From: an uncultured archaeon
GTDB taxonomy: Archaea; Aenigmatarchaeota; Aenigmatarchaeia; QMZP01; JAFGSV01
DNA length: 32,000 nt
Assembly: GCA_964616715.1 (NCBI GenBank)
Contig: CAZTRL010000004.1
Coordinates: 1 to 32,000 of the forward strand
Direction: 5' to 3'
Part shown: one piece after another, positions 8,021 to 14,402 of the stretch
Layout: the number at the start of each line of letters is the position of its first letter
How positions within the stretch are numbered: the first letter of the stretch is position 1
Translations under genes and position numbers: made by a program
Notes under the pieces: generated by a model
The model's database searches: none
Seen by the model: only the letters and a program-made list of their open reading frames with translations
What the model was told of the DNA's origin: nothing

Positions 8021-9321
8021 CAGAGAAGACGTACAGGCTGGACTGCCTCACGAAGGTCGAGGGCCACGCAAAGCTCGACGTGGAGATGTCAGGAAGTGAT
8101 GTCAGGAAGGCCGAGATATCGGTTTTCGAGCCGTCCAGGTACTTCGAGCACATGGTCATCGGGAAGCGCTTCGACGAGGTGCCGAGCATCTCCCAGAGGA
8201 TATGCGGCATATGTTCGGTGGTCCACACGGTGACGTCGGTGAAGGCGGTCGAGAACGCCACGGGGATAAGGCCCAGCGCGCAGGCGGTAGACCTCAGGAA
8301 GCTGCTCCTGCACGCGAGCAACATACACAGCCACACCGCGCACCTGTTCTTCTTCGCCGCCCCCGACTACATGGGCGTCGCCGACGCGATAGAGCTCTCA
8401 AGGAAGAGGAGGGACGTCATGCAGCTGGCAATAGAGCTGCAGAGGATATCCAGCGGCATAGTCAGGCTCATAGGCGGGAGGCCGCTGCACCCGGTGAACT
8501 GCCGGGTCGGCGGGTTCAACTCAGTCCCTGGAAGGGAAGAGACGCAGCAAATAATTGAAGATTTCGGAAGGCTGCGGGAGATGTCCGGGAAGGTGTTCGA
8601 GCTCTTCAGCTCGTTCCAATACCCGGAGCTTGAGAACCCCACGGAATACGTCTCGCTCAAGGCCAATGGCGAATACCCGCTCTACGAGGGAAAGGTCACG
8701 GCATATGGCGGGAAGCCCTTCAGCGCTCCCGACTACGCAAAGCACATAGAGGAAGAGACGATCTACCGCTCGACCGCCAAGTACGCGAGGATAGATGGGA
8801 AGCCATACATGACGGGAGCGCTCGCAAGGATAAACAACAACCGGGACGAGCTGTCTCCGGGTGCCAAGAGGCTCCTCCGCAAGTCCGGGATGCCCGACCC
8901 ATGCCACTCGACTTTCATGAACAACGTTGCCCAGACCATAGAGATGGTCCACTGCGCAGAGGCGGCCGAGTGCATACTTAGGGGGTATGCGAAGTCCGGA
9001 TTCAGGAGCGAGAAGTTCAGGGCCAAGCCAGCCAAGGGCGAGGGAGTGGCGGCATGCGAGGCGCCCAGGGGGACGCTCTACCACCACTACAGGTTCGACT
9101 CCGCCGGGAGATGCAGGCTGGCCGACATAATAACGCCCACCTGCCAGAACGTCAGGAACATGGAGAGCGACATAAAGGCCATCCTGCCGTCGGTCTCCGG
9201 GAAGGGAGAAGCCGTCATAAGGAAGGCGCTCGAGATGCTCATCAGGGCATACGACCCCTGCTTCTCGTGCTCGACCCACTTCCTGGAGCTAAAGATAAGA
9301 AAGGATCCTGGCCACTCCTGA
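8017..9321 (+). CDS. hydA: NiFe hydrogenase large (alpha) subunit
   Basis: The N-terminal RICGICSVVH and C-terminal DPCFSCSTH are the two NiFe-ligand CxxC pairs. They are followed by a 13-aa extension, FLELKIRKDPGHS, the expected endopeptidase-cleaved tail. ATGA overlap with hydD. Confidence 0.95.
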   Translation: MTEKTYRLDCLTKVEGHAKLDVEMSGSDVRKAEISVFEPSRYFEHMVIGKRFDEVPSISQRICGICSVVHTVTSVKAVENATGIRPSAQAVDLRKLLLHASNIHSHTAHLFFFAAPDYMGVADAIELSRKRRDVMQLAIELQRISSGIVRLIGGRPLHPVNCRVGGFNSVPGREETQQIIEDFGRLREMSGKVFELFSSFQYPELENPTEYVSLKANGEYPLYEGKVTAYGGKPFSAPDYAKHIEEETIYRSTAKYARIDGKPYMTGALARINNNRDELSPGAKRLLRKSGMPDPCHSTFMNNVAQTIEMVHCAEAAECILRGYAKSGFRSEKFRAKPAKGEGVAACEAPRGTLYHHYRFDSAGRCRLADIITPTCQNVRNMESDIKAILPSVSGKGEAVIRKALEMLIRAYDPCFSCSTHFLELKIRKDPGHS

Positions 9322-9684
9322 GGCGGCATCTTTTGCCGCGGAGCCGAAGGGGACGCCCACGAGCTTCACTCCCGAGAGCTTGCCCATGCCCTCGAGGACC
9401 TTCAGGAAAGTGCCCAGGTCGAGGTCGTGGGCGGACACGCTCTCGACGTTCAAAAAGTCATCGAGCTTCGAGAAGAGGGTCACCTCGCCTATGCCCTTCA
9501 CGCTGTCCATTATTATCGTCTCCCCGTCATCTATGTACGCCATGATGTCTATCGGGGAATCGCAACTGACGAATCTGAACCGCTCGCCCATCGGCTTCTC
9601 CTTCGTCAGGCTCTGACACACCGCGAAAGGCGCACTGTCTCCCCTGACACCGCTGCCGAAGCAAAGGACGGTCTTAATTTCCAT
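9289..9684 (-). CDS. Second hydrogenase maturation endopeptidase-like protein (divergent HybD/HycI family)
   Basis: It aligns by eye with HybD: VLCFGSGVRGDSA (vs GxGNxxxxDD), TIIMDSV (vs IIxDA), SAHDLDLGTFLKVL (vs SxHQxGLxDxL) and VKLVGV. The ATG is at 9684 (track start 9693 is TTG). Its 3' end overlaps the hydA 3' end by 33 nt. Confidence 0.7.
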   Translation of the reverse strand: MEIKTVLCFGSGVRGDSAPFAVCQSLTKEKPMGERFRFVSCDSPIDIMAYIDDGETIIMDSVKGIGEVTLFSKLDDFLNVESVSAHDLDLGTFLKVLEGMGKLSGVKLVGVPFGSAAKDAASGVARILSYL

Positions 9685-9779
9685 ACTAAGCAATTAATTA
9701 TTCGGTGCGGAACAATAAATGGTTTGCGAACTTACACCTTTTAAAATCTTTGCCGTGAATAGATGTAGAAGGTGCCCTG

Positions 9780-10004
9780 ATGCCGAGGATACAGATGATT
9801 GTCAGCGGTGACGGATGGAACGACGTCAAAAGCGCGCTCAACAGGTACGTAGGGAAAGACAACTACAGCCTCGACGCGTGGAACGGCATAAGCAGGTCCC
9901 ACGGGGGGACAGTGACGATGGACACCGACTACATAGGCGCGTTCCTTAGCGGCCTGATGAGCTCCGGAGACAAAAGGAACTACACACTCTCGCTGAATGT
10001 GTAA
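9780..10004 (+). CDS. Hypothetical small protein (74 aa)
   Basis: ATG ORF with TTTTAAAA (9739-9746) about 35 nt upstream. No motif recognised. Confidence 0.45.
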   Translation: MPRIQMIVSGDGWNDVKSALNRYVGKDNYSLDAWNGISRSHGGTVTMDTDYIGAFLSGLMSSGDKRNYTLSLNV

Positions 10005-10052
10005 ACGACGCCGGCATGCTGACTTTTAAGCGGGCAAGCCGAAATCATAAGG

Positions 10053-10526
10053 ATGAACATATCCCTTAAGAAGGGCTTCAGCTTCGGCATAACCTCCGCC
10101 ATAATAACGACGCTGGGCCTCATGGTGGGTCTTGAGTCGAGCACCAACTCGGCGGCAGTCGTCATAGGCGGCATAATCATAATAGCCGTGGGTGACGCCC
10201 TCTCCGATTCCCTTGCGATGCACATATCCGAGGAGTCGGAGGACCATCACACCTCAAAGGAGATATGGGAGTCGACGATATCCACGTTCATATTCAAGTT
10301 CATATTCGCGTCGACGTTCATAGTGCCGGTGCTGCTACTTCCCCTGCAGGAGGCCATAATCGTGAGCGTCATATGGGGGGTATCCCTGATATGCGCGCTC
10401 AGCTTCCTCATGGCCAGGTCGCAGAAGAAGAGCCCATACGGGGTCATAGGAGAGCACATGGTCATAGCGGTCTTCGTCATAGCGTTCACCCACTACCTGG
10501 GGCTGTTCATAGCGGGGCTCGCATGA
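10053..10526 (+). CDS. VIT1/CCC1-family (DUF125-like) integral membrane protein, short archaeal form
   Basis: FSFGITSAIITTLGLMVGL...VIGGIIIIAVGDALSDSLAMHISEESE resembles the conserved VIT1 TM1-TM2 pattern. There are 4-5 hydrophobic segments. A TATA-like ACTTTTAAGC lies about 25 nt upstream. Confidence 0.6.
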   Translation: MNISLKKGFSFGITSAIITTLGLMVGLESSTNSAAVVIGGIIIIAVGDALSDSLAMHISEESEDHHTSKEIWESTISTFIFKFIFASTFIVPVLLLPLQEAIIVSVIWGVSLICALSFLMARSQKKSPYGVIGEHMVIAVFVIAFTHYLGLFIAGLA

Positions 10527-10542
10527 TTGCGGGCTACAGGAA

Positions 10543-10905
10543 TCAGACTTCCACCGAGCACGAGGAGCCGGTGTCGCAGGGCGGGTTTATCTGGAACTGT
10601 ATGAAGAGCACGATGAAGTATATCGTGAGAAGCGTCGAGACGACAGTGACTATTATCAGGAACCAGTTGAAGTTCCTCTCGCTGTTGAAGAACCTTCCGA
10701 GCCTGACCAGGCCCCTCCTCGTCAGCCATGCGCTGAGGGCCATCCTCATGCGGTTGTCGAAGGAGACGGCGCACTTCTTGCCGCGCAGCTTGTCGGTGAA
10801 GCACCGCCAGCCTTCCTTTATGTATACCCTGTACTTTGGGAAGAATATGCTCATCACGCCGAAGTAGACGAGGAGCGCGAGGCAGGGGATGCAGAACAGT
10901 ACCAT
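10543..10905 (-). CDS. Small two-TM membrane protein with six cysteines
   Basis: MVLFCIPCLALLVYFGVMSIFF (TM1, containing CxxC), a basic loop with WRCF and KKCAV, TM2 WFLIIVTVVSTLLTIYFIVLFI, and the tail PPCDTGSSCS. A GAGGTG SD lies about 8 nt upstream. It starts 12 nt after the preceding gene. Confidence 0.6.
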   Translation of the reverse strand: MVLFCIPCLALLVYFGVMSIFFPKYRVYIKEGWRCFTDKLRGKKCAVSFDNRMRMALSAWLTRRGLVRLGRFFNSERNFNWFLIIVTVVSTLLTIYFIVLFIQFQINPPCDTGSSCSVEV

Positions 10906-10917
10906 GGCGACACCTCA

Positions 10918-11424
10918 CTACTCGATCTGGACCTCCACAGAACCTGACGAGGACGAGTCCCCGTACGCCGCCTCTACCTGGCACGGGTACGTTCCCGGCC
11001 TTATGCCCCCGCAGACGTTGCACCTCGGCAGCTGGTAGTCGAACGTGACCGTGTTGTTGCCCTCTGTCATGTTGACGGTCTGCTCGAGGTCCATCTTCCC
11101 GCTCACGCCCGTGGCCCTGACGGTCACGCCCTCGGCGTCGGCGCTGCAGCCGACCACCGCCGTGAGGACCATTCGGTCGGCGGAATGATAAAGCCCGCTG
11201 TCACTCGTGACTGAAAGCACGGAAAGCTCCACGGGGCTGCCGCTGCCGGCCATGGGAAGCTCGGCGGCGTCGCCCGCATCCACCTGCACGACCTGGGAAA
11301 GCTCACTCTTTGAGACCGCGCCTCCAGTGGCGCTGACGGGGACCCGGACGCCCCTAGGAAGAGACACTGAAACCACCAGGAACGCGAAGGCCGCGATGAG
11401 CGCGGCCGCCTTCAGGCGGTTCAT
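10918..11424 (-). CDS. Secreted/anchored beta-sandwich-like (CARDB-like) protein with a C-terminal Cys motif
   Basis: Signal/anchor MNRLKAAALIAAFAFLVVSVS. The body is beta-strand-like with alternating residues, and includes the motif LPRCNVCGGIRPGTYPC. The start overlaps the upstream stop (ATGA at 11421-11424). Confidence 0.6.
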   Translation of the reverse strand: MNRLKAAALIAAFAFLVVSVSLPRGVRVPVSATGGAVSKSELSQVVQVDAGDAAELPMAGSGSPVELSVLSVTSDSGLYHSADRMVLTAVVGCSADAEGVTVRATGVSGKMDLEQTVNMTEGNNTVTFDYQLPRCNVCGGIRPGTYPCQVEAAYGDSSSSGSVEVQIE

Positions 11425-11636
11425 TTTCCCTTCCCCTCAGCTTTCCTGTTGAGCTCGGCGAGGAGCCCCTTCAGGTCGATGCCGTACGTCCCGGCTATCT
11501 CGCCTATGGTCAGCTTGCCCATCTCGAAGGCGGCCATGGGGCAGTGAAGGCACGGCGTGTTGAACTTCTGCAGAATCTCAGCGGCGCCCTTCAACCCCAG
11601 GACCTTCTCGAGGGTAGTATCCTTAGTGACTTTCAT
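11421..11636 (-). CDS. DUF1858-type small CxxC protein (hybrid-cluster-protein-associated redox disulfide domain family)
   Basis: TKDTTLEKVLGLKGAAEILQKFNTPCLHCPMAAFEMGKLTIGEIAGTYGIDLKGLLAELN matches my memory of the DUF1858 pattern (M.I.EVL...P....V...G..C.GCP.....TLEEAA...GIDL..LL..LN). Confidence 0.7.
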   Translation of the reverse strand: MKVTKDTTLEKVLGLKGAAEILQKFNTPCLHCPMAAFEMGKLTIGEIAGTYGIDLKGLLAELNRKAEGKGK

Positions 11637-11661
11637 AAAACCACTCAGACGTGTTTAAATC

Positions 11662-12090
11662 TTATTTCTTCTTTTCATTCCTTTTATTTGTTTTGGAAAC
11701 CTTCCCCTTTCTTGCGTAGTAGTCCTCTATCGCCGCCTGGAGCGCCTCGGATGCGAGGTTGGAGCAGTGCATCTTTATCGGGGGCAGCCCGTCCAGGGCG
11801 TCCGCGACGTCCTTCCTCGTTATCTTCATGGCGTCGTCCAGCGTCCTGCCCTTGGCGAGGTCGGTGGTCATGGAGGTCGTGGCTATCGCGGAGACGCAGC
11901 CGAATGTCTGGAACTTTATGTCGCTTATGATCTCCTTGCCGCCCTTCCCCGAGACCTTTATGTATATCTGCATGACGTCGCCGCATATCTTGTTCCCGAC
12001 CATGCCCACGCCGTCGGCGTCCTTTATCTCGCCCATGTTGTGGGGCCTCTTGAAGTGCTCCATAACCTTCTCGCTGTATGTTATGCTCAT
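11662..12090 (-). CDS. iscU: Fe-S cluster assembly scaffold IscU/NifU-like
   Basis: YSEKVMEHFKRPHNMG, GNKICGDVM, FGCVSAIATTS and MHCSNLA carry the three conserved cluster-ligand cysteines. The ATG at 12090 lies 5 nt after the iscS stop (the track start is GTG 12099). Confidence 0.92.
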   Translation of the reverse strand: MSITYSEKVMEHFKRPHNMGEIKDADGVGMVGNKICGDVMQIYIKVSGKGGKEIISDIKFQTFGCVSAIATTSMTTDLAKGRTLDDAMKITRKDVADALDGLPPIKMHCSNLASEALQAAIEDYYARKGKVSKTNKRNEKKK

Positions 12091-12095
12091 GCCTC

Positions 12096-13247
12096 TCACC
12101 TCTTCTTGAACGGGCTTATCTTCCTCAATGTCTCCACAGCCTCCGCCAGGGAGTCCAGGACGAAGTCCACCTCATCCGGCGTGTTCTCCCTCCCGACGGA
12201 GAACCTTATCGAGCCGTGCGCCTCCTCCGGCTTCAGCCCTATGGCCATCAGGACGTGGCTCGGCTCGAGGGACTTCGACGAGCATGCAGAGCCCGTGGAG
12301 GCCGCTATGCCGCTGAAGTCCAGGTGTATTATCAGGGACTCGCCCTCTATGTGCCTGAAGGAGAAGTGGGCGTTGTTTGCCAGCCTCCTGCCGCCCTCGG
12401 GCCCGTTGAGCCACGACTCGTCTATCCGGAGACCGCCCTCTATCAGCCTGTCCCGGAGCTTTTCCATGTGCCTCACGTGGCTGTCCTTCATCATGTCCGC
12501 GGCCTTGGCGAACCCCACTATGCCAGCGACGTTGACCGTGCCGCTCCGGAGGCCGAACTCCTGGCCGCCGCCGCTCAGGAGCGGGTCGAGCCTGACGCCC
12601 TCCCCCACGAAGAGGCCGCCGACTCCCTTTGGGCCGTATATCTTGTGGGAGTTTATGGTCATGAGGTCCACGTTGTCCTTCTTCAGGTCTATCGGGACCT
12701 TGGTGAAGCTCTGGCAGGCGTCGGTGTGGAAGAGGACGCCCTTCTCGCGGGCAATCCTTCCGAGCTCCCGTATAGGCTCAATCGTGCCTATCTCGTTGTT
12801 GGCGTGTATGATGGACGCGATGATGGTATCCTTCCTTATGGCCGCCTCAAGGTCCGCGGGATCGACGAAGCCCTCGCGGTCGACCGGCAGGTACGTGACA
12901 TCGAAGCCGTTCTTCGCGAGCCACTTGGCGCTGTTGAGCACGCAGTCGTGCTCTATCTTCGTCGTTATTATGTGCCTGCCCTTATCCCTGTTCGCGAAGG
13001 CCGCGCCCTTGAGCGCGAAGTTGTTGGACTCGGTACCGCCGCTCGTGAACACCAGCCTGTGCCCGCTTGCGCCTGCCTTCTTCGAGAGCAGTCTCCTGGC
13101 GTCGTCAACCGCGGCCTCGGCCTCCCTCCCGAAGGAGTGCAGGCTCGCCATGTTGCCGAAATCCTCCCTGAAGTAGGGCATCATCGCATCTATGACCTCC
13201 GGGTCGACCCGGGTCGTTGCCGCATTGTCCATGTATATCCTCTTCAT
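12096..13247 (-). CDS. iscS: Cysteine desulfurase IscS/NifS (class V aminotransferase)
   Basis: IYMDNAATTRVDPEV, TSGGTESNN, the PLP lysine block INSHKIYGPKGVGGLF, and the active-site STGSACSS. The start at ATG 13247 (MKRIYMDNAATT) forms an ATGA overlap with the upstream regulator. The track's longer N-terminus lies inside that regulator gene. Confidence 0.95.
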   Translation of the reverse strand: MKRIYMDNAATTRVDPEVIDAMMPYFREDFGNMASLHSFGREAEAAVDDARRLLSKKAGASGHRLVFTSGGTESNNFALKGAAFANRDKGRHIITTKIEHDCVLNSAKWLAKNGFDVTYLPVDREGFVDPADLEAAIRKDTIIASIIHANNEIGTIEPIRELGRIAREKGVLFHTDACQSFTKVPIDLKKDNVDLMTINSHKIYGPKGVGGLFVGEGVRLDPLLSGGGQEFGLRSGTVNVAGIVGFAKAADMMKDSHVRHMEKLRDRLIEGGLRIDESWLNGPEGGRRLANNAHFSFRHIEGESLIIHLDFSGIAASTGSACSSKSLEPSHVLMAIGLKPEEAHGSIRFSVGRENTPDEVDFVLDSLAEAVETLRKISPFKKR

Positions 13248-13540
13248 GCCCTGCACCTCCCCATGCAGCATCTCCTCACATGGCACTCGACGAGCTCTAT
13301 GAGGGGCATCACCGTCTCCTTGTTCAGCGAGTATATGCGCTGCTTCCCCTCCTTCCTCATCTCCAGCACGTGGCACCCGGCCATCTTGGAGAGGTTGTGG
13401 GACACGGCGCTCTGCTCATCCCCCACCTTCCTTGCAATCTCCGTGACGCTGAGGGGGCCATCCCGCAGTGCCATTATTATGTCGAACTTCGACTTGCTCG
13501 CGAAGTTCATGAAGAAGTTATCATATGAAGATTTTTTCAT
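13244..13540 (-). CDS. ArsR/SmtB-family winged-helix transcriptional regulator with a C-terminal Cys-rich tail
   Basis: FDIIMALRDGPLSVTEIARKVGDEQSAVSHNLSKMAGCHVLEMRKEGKQRIYSL is a typical ArsR HTH-wing. The C-terminus is ECHVRRCCMGRCRA. Confidence 0.8.
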   Translation of the reverse strand: MKKSSYDNFFMNFASKSKFDIIMALRDGPLSVTEIARKVGDEQSAVSHNLSKMAGCHVLEMRKEGKQRIYSLNKETVMPLIELVECHVRRCCMGRCRA

Positions 13541-13545
13541 ATGAA
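13521..13545. promoter_or_regulatory. Twin palindromic 9-mers TCATATGAA (candidate operator) over the arsR-like gene start
   Basis: Identical TCATATGAA at 13521-13529 and 13537-13545. The core TCATATGA is self-complementary, and the copies are 16 bp apart start to start. The second copy spans the ATG (13538-13540 on the minus strand). Confidence 0.45.
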
Positions 13546-13560
13546 TAATAGCTCATAGGT

Positions 13561-13572
13561 AGTATATAAATC
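13561..13572 (-). promoter_or_regulatory. TATA box of the arsR-iscS-iscU operon
   Basis: The minus strand reads GATTTATATACT, 21-32 nt upstream of the ATG at 13540, which implies a leaderless or near-leaderless mRNA. Confidence 0.55.
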
Positions 13573-13952
13573 TATCGCGCGCCGGGGAGCCCGGCGCCCG
13601 TGGAGACCCACGACACGTAATCGTCGTACACTCCGGTTATCTCGTCTATCTCGTCCGCCGGATAGCCGAACTTGCTCCCGAGGAGCTTCATAGCACTCTT
13701 CCATTCGCTCACCTTCCTCGGGACCGCAGAGGAGTCCTCGGCTATGATTATCCTGCCGCTGCTGTCATGAACCAGCGTATAGCTCTTCCTGAAGCCGACC
13801 TTCTGTATGAACGTGCCGCTTCCTGGAGCGGCCTCTATGGACGCATCGTACGAAAGGGGGATAGTGTACTCATTGCAGTTCTCGGACACGTACGAATGCA
13901 TGTGCACCGACGGGCTGCCGTTGAAGAAGTACCTCCCGCTGCCGTTCCCCAT
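13572..13952 (-). CDS. Hypothetical protein (126 aa)
   Basis: ATG ORF with host-like GC. CTTAAAAAATTT lies about 25 nt upstream on the minus strand. No motif recognised. Confidence 0.5.
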   Translation of the reverse strand: MGNGSGRYFFNGSPSVHMHSYVSENCNEYTIPLSYDASIEAAPGSGTFIQKVGFRKSYTLVHDSSGRIIIAEDSSAVPRKVSEWKSAMKLLGSKFGYPADEIDEITGVYDDYVSWVSTGAGLPGAR

Positions 13953-14001
13953 TGCAAGAATTTGACGCCAAATTTTTTAAGCAGGACGGTGCGCCTGCCA
14001 T

Positions 14002-14298
14002 CTAGACGCTGTCCAGGAACTGTATTCCCGCCGCTGCGGCGTCCTGGGAATGCTGCTGCACCGGCTGCTGTGCATAGCCGCCGGTGAGCGATACCGTCTG
14101 GACGCCGGACGACGAGTCGACGAGCGGCCTCCTCCTGGCGTCCATGTCGTCCGATATTATCCTGCTGAACCTTTCGGCGCAGGCCCTGCAGACGAAGGTC
14201 TGCTTTATCAGGAGCCTCATCGGCGTCGAGTTCTCCACGACCTTCACCAGGTCCTCCTCACCCAGGTACGCGCCTCCCTGGCACTTGGGGCAGTTCAT
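14002..14298 (-). CDS. Zinc-ribbon protein (98 aa) with a Q/A-rich tail
   Basis: Two CxxC pairs, CPKC and CRAC, 32 residues apart. The C-terminal part is low-complexity (GGYAQQPVQQHSQDAAAAG). TTTTTTAAA lies about 25-30 nt upstream. Confidence 0.55.
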   Translation of the reverse strand: MNCPKCQGGAYLGEEDLVKVVENSTPMRLLIKQTFVCRACAERFSRIISDDMDARRRPLVDSSSGVQTVSLTGGYAQQPVQQHSQDAAAAGIQFLDSV

Positions 14299-14402
14299 AA
14301 TGATTTATTCCGCGAGGACGTTTAAAAAAGCATGCAAGGCATGCCCGGGCGTCGCATTTTTATAACAGTGTTATTAATATAAGCCACATACAAGGTGACT
14401 TT

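Noticed and set aside
11767-13544. Two very long plus-strand ORFs (469 aa and 488 aa) covering the iscU-iscS-arsR region
   Set aside because: They are antisense to genes with clear IscS/IscU/ArsR motifs. Their translations are low-complexity (R/P/L/S/G/V-rich) with no motifs. Such shadow ORFs are expected opposite GC-rich genes with strong codon periodicity.
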